Source: Gemmatimonadales bacterium
GTDB taxonomy: Bacteria; Gemmatimonadota; Gemmatimonadetes; Gemmatimonadales; GWC2-71-9
Direction: 5' to 3'
NCBI GenBank assembly: GCA_025937755.1
Contig: JAICQR010000003.1
Coordinates: 1 to 58,151, forward strand
DNA length: 58,151 bases
Shown: piece after piece, positions 18,303 through 28,015 of the stretch
Layout of the letters: each line of letters opens with the position of its first letter
How positions within the stretch are numbered: position 1 is the first letter of the stretch
Made by a program: the position numbers and the translations under genes
The notes under the pieces: generated by a model
Seen by the model: only the letters and a program-made list of their open reading frames with translations
What the model was told of the DNA's origin: nothing
Database searches by the model: none

Positions 18303-18324
18303 ATATAAGCGATGACTTATGTAT
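18301..18324. promoter_or_regulatory. ArsR operator candidate
   Basis: ATATATAAG-N6-CTTATGTAT inverted repeat (1 mismatch) at the ArsR start. Confidence 0.6.
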
Positions 18325-18360
18325 GGTCAAGTGGGGTCTCGTGCGAAGGTTGCGTTAAAG

Positions 18361-18379
18361 TACTTTGCCATATAAAGTA
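18361..18379. promoter_or_regulatory. Palindrome upstream of the DUF4153 gene
   Basis: TACTTT-N7-AAAGTA. Confidence 0.5.
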
Positions 18380-18405
18380 TCCGCGACTATCAACTGCGAG
18401 CCCTG

Positions 18406-19995
18406 ATGCGACTCCCCGTCACCCGTTCCGTCCTTGCCCGACGCGCCCTCGTTGGCGCGGTGGTGCTCGGTGTTCTTGCCGACCCGCTGCTCCGGAATGG
18501 CTACTGGGGGCTCGGGCTGGGAGTGTGGCTCGGGGCCTTCGCGGCCCTGGTGGTTGTGCTGGCTCAACAGCAGCGTCGGCGGCTCTCGGCGGAGAGCCGA
18601 CTCTGGCTTGCTGTCGCGCTGACCTTTGCCGCCTGCATGGCATGGCGCGACAGCGAACTACTCCATGCGTTCAACCTCCTGGCCATGCTCGGCGCGCTCG
18701 TCATGCTGGCCATGAGCCTCAATGCCATACCGGTGGCAGGGGTTGGCATTGCCCGGATGCGCGACCTGATCGTCTCCGGGTTCGGCACCGCGCTCGAGGT
18801 CTCGTTTGGCGCGGTGCCGCTTGCGTTCCGCGATGCCGAGCTCGGTGCCACACTGGTGCCGTCCTCCGCCGGCTTGCGGGTCACCCGGGCGCTGGCGCTC
18901 ACCACGCCCGTCGTGCTGGTGTTCGCCATGCTTCTCGCCCAGGCCGACCCGGTATTCGGATCGCTGTTCACGCTGCCGGAGCTGCAGCTCGAGGAGTTGA
19001 TGTCGCATGTCGTGATTGCGGGCTTCTTCGGCTGGGTCGTGGCCGGCTGGCTACGTCGCGCACTGCTGGCCCGGCCGATGCGCAACGATACGCATCACAC
19101 ACCGGATCGCGAGTCCGCGCTGGCGTTCAATCTGGAAGTCACCGATGTGAAGTTTGCGCTTGGCGCGCTGAACCTGTTGTTCCTCGTCTTCGTGCTGGTT
19201 CAGCTGGGCTGGCTCTTCGGGGGGGAGGATCTGGTCCTTCGCACCACCGGGCTTGGCTACGCTGAATATGCGAGGCGGGGCTTCTTCGAGCTGACCCTGG
19301 TGGCCGGGCTCCTGCTGCCGCTGCTGCTTGGTGCCCATGCCCTCATTCCATCGACCGATGGGCGCACGCTCCGACTGTTCCGCCGGCTTGCGCTTCCGCT
19401 GGTAGTCCTGCTTGGGGCCATCATGGTCTCGGCGTTTGCGCGCATGCAGCTGTACGTCCAGTACTATGGGATCTCAACCGACCGGCTGTACGCCACCGCA
19501 GTGATGGTGTGGCTGGCGATCGTGTTCGCGTGGCTGATGGCGACTGTATTGCGCTCCCGGCCGAGGAAGTTCGCCGCGGGGTTTGTGGCCAGCGGGTTCC
19601 TCGTCCTGCTTGTGCTTAACGTTCTCAATCCTGACAGGCTGGTCGCCCGGGCCAATCTGGCGCGGGGTGAGGCGGAACGAACCGGCGCGACAGGACCAGA
19701 TCCGGAGTACCTGGCGTCGCTGGGCGGCAACGCAGTTCCGCTGCTGGTGGATGCGTTGCTCGCCGGCGATCGGCCTGCCGGCGCCGATGAGGCTGGGGCC
19801 CGCTGCGCCGCTGCGCAGCGCCTGCTGGAGCGCTGGGCTGGGGAGCGTCGCGCGGAGATGACCCGCAGCTGGGCACAGTGGAACGCCGCGCGGAGCAAGG
19901 CAATGGAGGCCGTCGGATCCACTGAAGCGGCGCTGCACCGGCTGGTGGTTGCCGCCTGCCCGAACAGCATGCAGGTTATCCAGTCGAACAATTGA
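18406..19995 (+). CDS. DUF4153/DUF4173 integral membrane protein
   Basis: ADPVF, YAEYARRGFFEL, RMQLYVQYYG..RLY; many TMs. Confidence 0.8.
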   Translation: MRLPVTRSVLARRALVGAVVLGVLADPLLRNGYWGLGLGVWLGAFAALVVVLAQQQRRRLSAESRLWLAVALTFAACMAWRDSELLHAFNLLAMLGALVMLAMSLNAIPVAGVGIARMRDLIVSGFGTALEVSFGAVPLAFRDAELGATLVPSSAGLRVTRALALTTPVVLVFAMLLAQADPVFGSLFTLPELQLEELMSHVVIAGFFGWVVAGWLRRALLARPMRNDTHHTPDRESALAFNLEVTDVKFALGALNLLFLVFVLVQLGWLFGGEDLVLRTTGLGYAEYARRGFFELTLVAGLLLPLLLGAHALIPSTDGRTLRLFRRLALPLVVLLGAIMVSAFARMQLYVQYYGISTDRLYATAVMVWLAIVFAWLMATVLRSRPRKFAAGFVASGFLVLLVLNVLNPDRLVARANLARGEAERTGATGPDPEYLASLGGNAVPLLVDALLAGDRPAGADEAGARCAAAQRLLERWAGERRAEMTRSWAQWNAARSKAMEAVGSTEAALHRLVVAACPNSMQVIQSNN

Positions 19996-20041
19996 TAGCA
20001 TGTGCTACATGCTGGGCGAGCCGGTTCCCTGAAGGTGATAC

Positions 20042-20194
20042 ATGATTCGCAAGCTTGCCGACGGCCGCTATCGGCTCTACTCCCGGAAGAAGAACCCGAA
20101 GACCGGCAAGCGCCGCAACCTTGGCACCTTTGCCAGCCGAGCCGCTGCCGAGAAGCACGAGCGCGCGGTGCAATACTTCAAGCGGCGCAGCTGA
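20042..20194 (+). CDS. Small basic protein (50 aa), absent from the ORF track
   Basis: MIRKLADGRYRLYSRKKNPKTGKRRNLGTFASRAAAEKHERAVQYFKRRS; GAAGGTGA RBS; high GC3. Confidence 0.75.
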   Translation: MIRKLADGRYRLYSRKKNPKTGKRRNLGTFASRAAAEKHERAVQYFKRRS

Positions 20195-20285
20195 GTCCGA
20201 GCCCGGCCTGGGGCTGTGTGACGCAGCGCACCGCGGGGGCGCAATCCCCCGCGCTAGCGTGGCGATGCTGGTAAGGAAGGTCGCG

Positions 20286-21455
20286 ATGGCGCGAGGTCGC
20301 AGGATTGCCTGGTTCATTGCCGGATTGATCGCCGTACTGGTGATTGTTCTGGCTTATCGCGCCGGTCAGCGTCCATGGCCCGAGCCGGTGCTTTCCACGG
20401 ACATCGAACGCCAGGGCCGCGACATATTCCGGGACGAGACGTTCGGCGACGAGAAGTTCTGGACGGACACGGCCCGGCTGCACGACGTGATCGATCGCGA
20501 GCTGCAGCCGATCGAGGCGCTTCGGCTTGGACTCAAGGTCGATCTGGATCGGCTGAATCTCCTGCAGTTCGTGTTGCACAATCCCCTGGGAACAAGCGGC
20601 ACCGAGGAACTCCTGCGGCAGAACGCCGTGGTGGGAGTTCGCGGAACCTTTGATGCCGATGGCAAGCTGGTTCGTGTCGGCATTACCTGTGCGCTCTGCC
20701 ATTCCACAGTAGACAACGCACTGCTCCCCGGCATCGGCCACCGGCTTGATGGCTGGCCCAATCGCAGCCTTGAGGTCGGCAAAATCCTGGCGATGCTTCC
20801 GGTCTTCACCGCCGAGCAAAGGGACGTCCTGCGCCGCTGGCCCAGGGGAACCTACGATCCGCGATTCAGCGCCGACGGGATGAGCACGCCCCTGGTACTG
20901 CCCCCGGCATATGGGCTCGCCCGCGTGGACAATGAGACCTACACCGCCGAAGGGCCGATTTCCTACTGGAATGCCTATGTCGCCGTCACCCAGATGCATG
21001 GACAGGGCAACTTTGCCGATCCTCGAATCGGAGTGGACATTGTTCAGACTTCCGACCGGGTGACGCCGCACCTGGCCGCCTTGCGTGCCTATCAGCACGC
21101 CCTGCCCGCGCCGCGGGATGACAATGGAATACTCAGTGCTGCGGCCGAGCGGGGAAAGCTCGTGTTCGACGGTGCCTGCGCCAACTGTCATGTGGGCGGC
21201 AGCGGCACCGACAACAATGCCGGAGTGCTGCATGATCCATCAGAAACGGGCATGAACGCGGACTACGCCGGCCGAACCAGCCAGAAGCGCTACCGGACCA
21301 CGCCGTTGCGCGGGCTCCGGCACCACCCTCCATATTTTCACGATGGCAGTGCCGCAACCCTGACAGACGTCGTAGCCCACTACGAGCGGGCACGGCGCCT
21401 GGCGTTTACCGAGTCGCAGCGACGTGACCTGGTGGCATACCTCAAATCATTGTGA
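20286..21455 (+). CDS. Membrane-anchored di-heme c-type cytochrome (bCcP/MauG/RoxA-like C-terminus)
   Basis: CALCH and CANCH; YRTTPLRGL..PPYFHDGS; start chosen by AAGGAAGG RBS. Confidence 0.8.
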   Translation: MARGRRIAWFIAGLIAVLVIVLAYRAGQRPWPEPVLSTDIERQGRDIFRDETFGDEKFWTDTARLHDVIDRELQPIEALRLGLKVDLDRLNLLQFVLHNPLGTSGTEELLRQNAVVGVRGTFDADGKLVRVGITCALCHSTVDNALLPGIGHRLDGWPNRSLEVGKILAMLPVFTAEQRDVLRRWPRGTYDPRFSADGMSTPLVLPPAYGLARVDNETYTAEGPISYWNAYVAVTQMHGQGNFADPRIGVDIVQTSDRVTPHLAALRAYQHALPAPRDDNGILSAAAERGKLVFDGACANCHVGGSGTDNNAGVLHDPSETGMNADYAGRTSQKRYRTTPLRGLRHHPPYFHDGSAATLTDVVAHYERARRLAFTESQRRDLVAYLKSL

Positions 21456-21548
21456 AGGTCAGGCAGGTCGGGGATGAGAGTGCGGGTTGCCCATCGGTGG
21501 CGCAGCCTGCACCTTACCATTCGTCATACCTTGCCCTCGGGAGTATTC

Positions 21549-22016
21549 ATGCGACAGCTGCTGGTCATGGCCTGCCTGGTGCTGGGCACCGTCCCCCCAA
21601 TTCATGCCCAACAGGAGAGCAGCATGACGGCTCGCGGCACATTTGAAGTGAAAGTGACCCCGTTTGCTCCCGACGACAGCACCGATGCCTCCATCGGGCG
21701 GCTCGCACTCGACAAGGAATTCCGCGGCGACCTCGTGGCCCACGGCAGCGGCCAGATGCTCGGCGTGCAATCGCCGGTCGAGGGCTCGGCCGGCTATGTC
21801 GCCATGGAACGCGTCACCGGGACATTGCATGGCAGGCAGGGCAGCTTCGTGCTCCAGCACCTCGGCCGGATGCAGGGCAGCAACATGGAACTTCGGGTGC
21901 AGGTGGTGCCCGACTCGGGCACCGATGCGCTCACCGGGATCGCAGGCAGCATGACGATCATCATCGAAGGCGGCAAGCACACCTACCAGTTTGACTACAC
22001 TCTTCCCGGCATCTAG
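21549..22016 (+). CDS. DUF3224 family protein
   Basis: ARGTFEVK, K.F.GDL, GSAGYVAMERV.G.L.GR.GSFVLQH. Confidence 0.85.
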   Translation: MRQLLVMACLVLGTVPPIHAQQESSMTARGTFEVKVTPFAPDDSTDASIGRLALDKEFRGDLVAHGSGQMLGVQSPVEGSAGYVAMERVTGTLHGRQGSFVLQHLGRMQGSNMELRVQVVPDSGTDALTGIAGSMTIIIEGGKHTYQFDYTLPGI

Positions 22017-22024
22017 GGATTCCC

Positions 22025-22528
22025 ATGGCTGAATACACCGCAGTGATCGAATGGGACCGGGGTGGGGCTCCATTCCTGGATCATCGATACAGCCGAGCAC
22101 ATCGCTGGCTGTTCGACGGCGGAGTGGAGGTGGCAGCGTCGTCCTCGCCCCACGTCGTGCCGCTGCCGATGTCGCTTGCGGAAGCCGTGGATCCAGAGGA
22201 GGCATTCGTGGCCAGCCTCTCGAGCTGTCACATGCTCTGGTTCCTGGCGATCGCGGCGAAGCGTGGTTTTGTGGTGGATGCGTATCGCGATCAGGCGGTG
22301 GGCGAGTTGGCGCGGGATGAGGCCGGCAATCTGATGATGTCGCGGGTGACGTTCCGGCCCGAAGTGAGCTTCAGCGGCCACCCTCACCCCACCGACGACG
22401 AGCAGACGGCGATGCACCACGAAGCCCACGATCAGTGCTTCATTGCTCGCTCGGTTCGCACCGAGGTGCGCTGCGAGCCGGTCTATGGCAACGTGGATTC
22501 GCGACTGAGCGTCATGCCCATGAAGTGA
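22025..22528 (+). CDS. OsmC/Ohr family peroxiredoxin
   Basis: DPEEAFVASLSSCHMLWFL and AHDQCFIARSV. Confidence 0.85.
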   Translation: MAEYTAVIEWDRGGAPFLDHRYSRAHRWLFDGGVEVAASSSPHVVPLPMSLAEAVDPEEAFVASLSSCHMLWFLAIAAKRGFVVDAYRDQAVGELARDEAGNLMMSRVTFRPEVSFSGHPHPTDDEQTAMHHEAHDQCFIARSVRTEVRCEPVYGNVDSRLSVMPMK

Positions 22529-23013
22529 AACCAGGTGGCGCCGCTGTCGCGGGAGGCGTAGCCATCCTCCTGCCAGCGGCCGTCAGCCCCGAGGGTCATC
22601 TCGTACTTGATCCGCCCGGCGCGCGGATCGGCGAAGCCCCAGGTGACACTGCTGTCGGTGGCAGTGATCTCGAGATCGATCCAGCGGCCTTCGGCGGTGA
22701 AGGCCCGCATCGCCATGCCGGTGCCGTCCCGGTTTCGATGCACCACCGCGAATGCGTGGTGGACCGTGTCGGTGACGCCATCCCGGATGGCGGTGCCAAG
22801 CCCCCGGATGGCGATGACCGTGCCGCCCGCCTCGGGCGTCACCCATTCCTCCTGACGGAGCTGCTGCCGGCCTTCCGGGCCGCGGATCATCCACGCGTCG
22901 CCCGTCCAGTGGCCGCTCAGCTTGGCGAAGACCCCCAGATCGGCGACCGGCGCGTCCTGCGCCGCCAATGGTGAGCCGAGGCAGCAGAGAAGGAATGCGA
23001 GCGTTCCGCGCAT
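22483..23013 (-). CDS. Secreted beta-rich hypothetical protein (DUF1579-like)
   Basis: Signal peptide, L.G.W.G motif, SRDSGATW.HFM. Confidence 0.65.
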   Translation of the reverse strand: MRGTLAFLLCCLGSPLAAQDAPVADLGVFAKLSGHWTGDAWMIRGPEGRQQLRQEEWVTPEAGGTVIAIRGLGTAIRDGVTDTVHHAFAVVHRNRDGTGMAMRAFTAEGRWIDLEITATDSSVTWGFADPRAGRIKYEMTLGADGRWQEDGYASRDSGATWFHFMGMTLSRESTLP

Positions 23014-23079
23014 GGTGCGCTCCGGGGTGTGGGTTACACAAGGTTCCTGTGCCCCTTCCATTCGTCTTGATGAAATCCG

Positions 23080-23862
23080 TCAGTCGTCGAACCGATGCGC
23101 GGTGCGCCGGACCCGCTCGGCCAGCTGGCCTGGAGTAAGCCCGGTCAGTGATGACACCTCGTGGCTCAGATGGGGCTGGTCCGCGTAGCCCCCGCGCGCC
23201 GCGATGTGGCTCAGCCGGCTGCCGGGTTCGAGCATACCGTGGGCTGCGCCGACGAAGCGGGCGATCCTGGCGTGCTGCTTGGGGGTGAGCCCGGTCGCGG
23301 CGCGAATCCGGCGGAGCAGTGTACGGGGTGCGACGCCGACGGCTGCGGCCACCTCCGTGAGCTGAATCCGCCCACTGGACCCGCGGATCGCCTGCAATGC
23401 GCTGACGACGACGGGGTCGGGCGGCGCGAGTTTGCCTATGTGCGGAAGGAAGAGCCGGTCCACCGCAGCTTGCGCCTGGGCGAGCGGCCCGGCGACAAGG
23501 GCGCTGCACACATCATCCGCTGCCACCGGTCCCAGTCGTGTCACCGGGACGGGCGCCCGACACAGCACCTCGGCGGCAACCTCCACCAGCAACGGCGCGG
23601 CCTCCGGCGCGAGACGAAGGCCGCGATAACTGGCGCCTGGCTCGCAGCGGACCACAAGAGGCTCGATCCGCGGCCCATAGGCGAAGACGCGCGCTGGTCC
23701 AGGCCCGGACTCGACCAGCACCACAAAGGCCTGGCCGTCCGGCGGCACGTGATGCTCGGACGGTGCGCTCGCCGATACGCGGAATTCCCAGCACCCGCGG
23801 ATCCAGGGGCGGAGCTGCGGGTCGGCGGCGACGGTAGTGTACGAGAAGACCGTGGGGTGCAT
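23080..23862 (-). CDS. AraC family regulator (DUF6597-type N-terminus)
   Basis: VPPDG; GLTPK..ARI.RF; GYADQPHL. Confidence 0.85.
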   Translation of the reverse strand: MHPTVFSYTTVAADPQLRPWIRGCWEFRVSASAPSEHHVPPDGQAFVVLVESGPGPARVFAYGPRIEPLVVRCEPGASYRGLRLAPEAAPLLVEVAAEVLCRAPVPVTRLGPVAADDVCSALVAGPLAQAQAAVDRLFLPHIGKLAPPDPVVVSALQAIRGSSGRIQLTEVAAAVGVAPRTLLRRIRAATGLTPKQHARIARFVGAAHGMLEPGSRLSHIAARGGYADQPHLSHEVSSLTGLTPGQLAERVRRTAHRFDD

Positions 23863-23897
23863 TTGGAAATTTACAGTCGCCAGTTAAAGGATGCTTT

Positions 23898-24380
23898 ATG
23901 TCACGCACCATTGACTCTACGATTCATCAGCTGAGGCCCGGGGACGCGGACCTGGTGGATGGCCTGCTGAGCATGTTTGGTGAGGCCTTCAAGGAGGTGG
24001 ACACCTTCGGCAAGGCGCGCCCCGGCCCGGCCTATCGCGATCGGCTGCTGGGCAGCGACTATTTCATTGCGCTGGCGGCGGTGAAGGCAGGCGAAGTCGT
24101 GGGTGGTCTGGCCGCATATGAGTTGCAGAAGTTCGAGCAGGAACGGAGCGAGATCTACATTTACGACCTGGCGGTCGATGCGAAGCACCGGCGCGAGGGG
24201 ATCGCCACCGCGCTGATCGAGGAATTGCAGCGCATCGCAGCGATGCGCGGGGCCTACGTGATCTATGTCCAGGCCGATTACGGCGATGATCCCGCTATCG
24301 CGCTCTACACCAAGCTGGGCGCGCGCGAGGATGTGATGCACTTCGATATTCCGGTTCCGCAAATGGAGATGAGCCAGTGA
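23898..24380 (+). CDS. AAC(3)-I family aminoglycoside N-acetyltransferase (GNAT)
   Basis: [72 protein letters not shown]. Confidence 0.85.
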   Translation: MSRTIDSTIHQLRPGDADLVDGLLSMFGEAFKEVDTFGKARPGPAYRDRLLGSDYFIALAAVKAGEVVGGLAAYELQKFEQERSEIYIYDLAVDAKHRREGIATALIEELQRIAAMRGAYVIYVQADYGDDPAIALYTKLGAREDVMHFDIPVPQMEMSQ

Positions 24381-25018
24381 ACATCGTCCGCCGCATGCTG
24401 CTGCTGACGCCGGTTCTGCTCTCGGCCTTGCCGCTGGCCTGCGCCCGGGCCCAGGCCGACGACCGCTACGTCATCTACCTCCATGCCCGCATCGTGGAGG
24501 AGGGTGGCCGCCGGCCGACCGACTCGCTGTACGGCACCTACGCGTACGACGCCATCCTCGACAGCCTCCGCCAGGCCGGGTTCGAGGTGCTGAGCGACCA
24601 GCGTCCGCCGGGCCTCGCCATCGACACCTTCGTGACTGCGCTGATGCACCAGGTGGACAGCCTGCTGGCATCCGGTGTGCCGCCCGAAAACATCACGGTG
24701 GTGGGCTTCTCCCGGGGCAGCGCCATTGCCATGCTGGCGTCATCGCGACTGCAAAATCCGGCGCTGGGCTTCGTCTTCATCGCCGGCTGCGGACCCTGGG
24801 CGTTCGACGACACGAATATCCGTGTCACCGGGCGAATGCTTTCGCTCTACGAAACCAGTGACTCACTGGGCGTGTCCTGCAAGCCGCTTTTCGCACGCGC
24901 AGGAGAGGGATCGAAGGCCGGCGAAACCGCCCTGAGCCTGGGGCTGGCTCACGGCACATTCTACCGGCCGCGGCGGGAGTGGCTGGAGCCGGTCATCGCC
25001 TGGGCGAACGCCGATTGA
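24377..25018 (+). CDS. Secreted alpha/beta hydrolase-fold protein
   Basis: Signal peptide, GFSRG nucleophile elbow, C-terminal HG.FY. Confidence 0.7.
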   Translation: MNIVRRMLLLTPVLLSALPLACARAQADDRYVIYLHARIVEEGGRRPTDSLYGTYAYDAILDSLRQAGFEVLSDQRPPGLAIDTFVTALMHQVDSLLASGVPPENITVVGFSRGSAIAMLASSRLQNPALGFVFIAGCGPWAFDDTNIRVTGRMLSLYETSDSLGVSCKPLFARAGEGSKAGETALSLGLAHGTFYRPRREWLEPVIAWANAD

Positions 25019-25932
25019 GTTCCCGCCTCGATGGCGGCACGGCAGGACTCACCCTGGCCGCGCTGGTCGCCTTTGCTGCCAATTCCATCCTCACCCGCAT
25101 GGCGCTGGGCGCCGGCCTGCTGGACGCCGCGTCCTTCACCACCATCCGGCTCTGTTCCGGTGCGCTGGTGCTGGCGTTGCTCGCTGCCAGGCAGCTCGGC
25201 AACCCGGCAGCGTGGAGAGGCCGCAGCCTGACGGGCCCGGTGGCGCTCTTCGCCTATGCCGCGCCGTTCTCGTTTGCATACCTGAGGATCGGGGCAGCGG
25301 TCGGTGCGCTGGTGCTGTTCGGGGTGGTGCAGCTGACGATGATCTCGTGGGGGTTGAAGAAGGGCGAGCGGCCCGGCGTACAGGCGTGGGCAGGCCTCCT
25401 CCTGGCTGCCGGCGGGCTCGTCGCGCTCACGGTGCCGTCGGTCACCCGGCCCGACCTGACCGGCGTTGCGCTCATGGCGGTTGCCGGCGTTGCCTGGGGT
25501 GTCTATTCGATCGCTGGCACCGGCGGCAGTGATCCGCTTGCCTCCACCGCCCGCAACTTCATGCTCAGTGTCCCGCTGGCGCTGCTGCTCAGCCTGACGC
25601 AGCTGGGCGAAGCACATGGCACCGCCACCGGCGTGACCCTCGCCGTCATTTCGGGCGCGGTCACGTCGGGGCTGGGCTACGCCATCTGGTACCGGGCGCT
25701 CAGGCATCTCGCGGTGACCCAGGCCGGCATGGTGCAGCTGAGCGTTCCGGTGATCGCGGCACTGGGCGCCGTGGTATTCCTGGGCGAGTCACTCAGCACC
25801 CGAGTGCTCCTGTCCGGCGTCGCCGTGCTGGGCGGCATCGCACTGGTCCTGTCGTCCCGTTCCACCGATGACGATCCACCGATGAAGACGATGAAAATAC
25901 ATGATGACGCTGATGGCCCGAGGCCTTTCTGA
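25015..25932 (+). CDS. DMT/EamA transporter
   Basis: About 10 TM; AFAANS.L.R; GLGYAIWY; TTG start overlapping the previous stop. Confidence 0.85.
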   Translation: MSSRLDGGTAGLTLAALVAFAANSILTRMALGAGLLDAASFTTIRLCSGALVLALLAARQLGNPAAWRGRSLTGPVALFAYAAPFSFAYLRIGAAVGALVLFGVVQLTMISWGLKKGERPGVQAWAGLLLAAGGLVALTVPSVTRPDLTGVALMAVAGVAWGVYSIAGTGGSDPLASTARNFMLSVPLALLLSLTQLGEAHGTATGVTLAVISGAVTSGLGYAIWYRALRHLAVTQAGMVQLSVPVIAALGAVVFLGESLSTRVLLSGVAVLGGIALVLSSRSTDDDPPMKTMKIHDDADGPRPF

Positions 25933-25976
25933 TCCTCGATCCATCAACGTCATCTTTGTACCCATCAGCTTCATCT
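25865..25976. repeat. Periodic GATG array facing a CATC array (imperfect inverted repeat)
   Basis: GATG at 25881, 25890, 25903, 25912; CATC at 25942, 25951, 25963, 25972; between convergent genes. Confidence 0.6.
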
Positions 25977-26897
25977 TTGATCCAGGAACCGGATCGCCAG
26001 CTCGGCCAGCCGGGGATCGCTGAACATGGTGTAGTGCGTCACGCCCGGCACGATCGCCAGCTGCGAGGCGATCTGCCCCGATCCATCCCAGCCGCCATCC
26101 CGCTTGCCGCCTCCCAGCAGCCCGAAGAACTCGACCGCGTGCGACGGCGGGGCGATGTCGGCATCACCCGCGACAACCAGAGTCGGCGCCCGAACCTTCG
26201 CCACTTCCGCAGTGTAGTCGTAGTCCTTCGCCATGAACGCGCCGATACGATCCAGCAGCACTGGCCAATCCTCGGGCCTTGGAGCCACGGCGTGGTACAG
26301 CTGATACATCGGCGTCTGCTTCATGGCTTCTGCCGCCTCGGCCGTCACCTGCCCCTGCTGCGCAAGGATGTCAGGGTAGAACGCATCGCGGCGAAGCACC
26401 GCCGACGCCGCCACCACCCGGTCCACCACGTCAGGGTGCCGGCTGGCGGCAAGGACCGCTACGCCCGCACCCAGCGAGTAGCCCATGACGTCGGCCTTGC
26501 CGAGCTTGAGGTGGGTGATCAGCGCCGCGATGTCGTCGGCCATCAGGGCGGGATCCAGCGGGCGGTCGCCGACCAGGGCAGTGCGGCCGTGGCCGTACAG
26601 GTCCACCGCAATCACCTGCCGCCCTTCGGCCAGCCTGGAGAGGTTGGGGCCGTACATCTCGATGGCACCCAGCCCGCCGTGGAGCAGGACCAGCGGCTTG
26701 CCGGTGCCATGAATCTCATAGTAGAGGTGCACGCCGTTGACGTCGGCATAGCGGCCCTCGGGCTTGTTCCTGCCCGACCCGCCGCCCCAGGGCCCGGCGT
26801 CGGATTGGCCCCAAAGCACAGAGGGAACGAGGAGCGCACCCAGAGTCAGGGCGGCAACGACAGCGCGAGTTGCGTGTTTTGCCAGAGTGAATCCCAT
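25971..26897 (-). CDS. Secreted alpha/beta hydrolase
   Basis: LHGGLG oxyanion motif, GYSLG, GDAD, THY. Confidence 0.85.
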   Translation of the reverse strand: MGFTLAKHATRAVVAALTLGALLVPSVLWGQSDAGPWGGGSGRNKPEGRYADVNGVHLYYEIHGTGKPLVLLHGGLGAIEMYGPNLSRLAEGRQVIAVDLYGHGRTALVGDRPLDPALMADDIAALITHLKLGKADVMGYSLGAGVAVLAASRHPDVVDRVVAASAVLRRDAFYPDILAQQGQVTAEAAEAMKQTPMYQLYHAVAPRPEDWPVLLDRIGAFMAKDYDYTAEVAKVRAPTLVVAGDADIAPPSHAVEFFGLLGGGKRDGGWDGSGQIASQLAIVPGVTHYTMFSDPRLAELAIRFLDQR

Positions 26898-26937
26898 TGT
26901 CGTGTCCGGTTGAGGGTTGGTCTACCGCTTCAAGGAC

Positions 26938-26966
26938 ACGACGAACGGGGCCGGGCTAATTCGACA
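26938..26966 (-). promoter_or_regulatory. ECF42-type promoter for the hydrolase gene
   Basis: TGTCGA-N17-CGTCGT on the minus strand. Confidence 0.65.
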
Positions 26967-27036
26967 ATTCAAGCAACCGCAGTTTCCGCCGACTTCGCGG
27001 TTGCCGTTTCTGTCCCAAGCCGAAACGCAGGCCGGT

Positions 27037-27065
27037 TGTCGAATTCGCCACCGTTCGTTCGACGT
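27037..27065 (+). promoter_or_regulatory. ECF42-type promoter for the yciI-sigma operon
   Basis: TGTCGA-N17-CGACGT. Confidence 0.7.
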
Positions 27066-27119
27066 ACTTGTAGAGGCCCGGAAGAGCGGCCCTGCACGCA
27101 TACTCACAAGGAGGATCCC

Positions 27120-27545
27120 ATGCGGTTCATGGTCATCGTCAAAGCCAACCAGGATTCCGAGTCGGGCGTGATGCCCACCCACGATGAGTTGGCAGAGATG
27201 GGCGAGTTCAACGACAAGCTGGTCGAGGCGGGTGTGATGCTGGCGGGCGAAGGACTGCTGGCGAGTTCCAAAGGATCCCGGATCAAGTTCACCGATGGCA
27301 AGACCACGGTGACCGACGGACCCTTTGCTGAAACCAAGGAGCTGGTGGCCGGCTTCTGGATCATCAAGGCCGACTCGAAGAAGGACGCCATCGAATGGAT
27401 GAAGCGGGCCCCCTTCAGGAAGGGTGAGGAACTGGAGATCCGCCAGATCGCCGAGGCCGAGGACTTCGGCGAGGAATTCACGCCCGAGTTGCGGGCACAG
27501 GAAGACCGCCAGCGGGACCAGCTGGAAGCCAACGCGCGGCGCTGA
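27120..27545 (+). CDS. YciI/DGPF family protein
   Basis: VTDGPFAETKELVAGFW; AAGGAGG RBS. Confidence 0.9.
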   Translation: MRFMVIVKANQDSESGVMPTHDELAEMGEFNDKLVEAGVMLAGEGLLASSKGSRIKFTDGKTTVTDGPFAETKELVAGFWIIKADSKKDAIEWMKRAPFRKGEELEIRQIAEAEDFGEEFTPELRAQEDRQRDQLEANARR

Positions 27546-27584
27546 CAACCCAGCCAACGACCTACCAACAGAGGAACCGATCCG

Positions 27585-27998
27585 ATGCGATATCTGTCCT
27601 TCTACAAGCCAGGGTTCGACAACGACGCACCGCCGCCCAACGTGGACTTCGCGGGCATGGGTGCGCTGATCGAGGAGATGACCGCGACCGGGATCCTGAT
27701 CGCGACCGATGGGCTGCAATCGAGCCGGAAAGGGCTCAAGGTCCAGGTCGACGAGGCAGGTGACTTCGTGGTGACTGACGGCCCCTTTACGGAGACCAAG
27801 GAAGTCATCGGCGGCTATGCCATCCTCGAGGCGCGGTCGAGGGAACACGTGATCGAGCTGACCAAGCGCTTCCTCGCGGTCATGGGTTCGGGCCAGTGCG
27901 AAGTCCGGCTGATGGCGGATGCGGCTTCGGAAGGGTGCCTCGACGGGCAGATCGCGATGGGCGAGGCCGCTGAGGGTGTGCTCTCACAGGGCAACTAG
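27585..27998 (+). CDS. YciI/DGPF family protein
   Basis: VTDGPFTETKEVIGGY. Confidence 0.9.
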   Translation: MRYLSFYKPGFDNDAPPPNVDFAGMGALIEEMTATGILIATDGLQSSRKGLKVQVDEAGDFVVTDGPFTETKEVIGGYAILEARSREHVIELTKRFLAVMGSGQCEVRLMADAASEGCLDGQIAMGEAAEGVLSQGN

Positions 27999-28015
27999 GG
28001 AGAAGGAACCAGGAC

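Noticed and set aside
17590-18330. 246-aa ORF as an intact gene
   Set aside because: Chimeric reading: out-of-frame overlap with arsR, then the SRPBCC fragment, then post-deletion nonsense
16801-25932. Integron cassette array (many short genes including aac(3)-I)
   Set aside because: No attC-like sites, mixed orientations, overlapping genes and no integrase
25956-27119. Long N-terminal extension of the first YciI ORF
   Set aside because: Antisense to the hydrolase gene; the true start is ATG 27120 with a strong RBS
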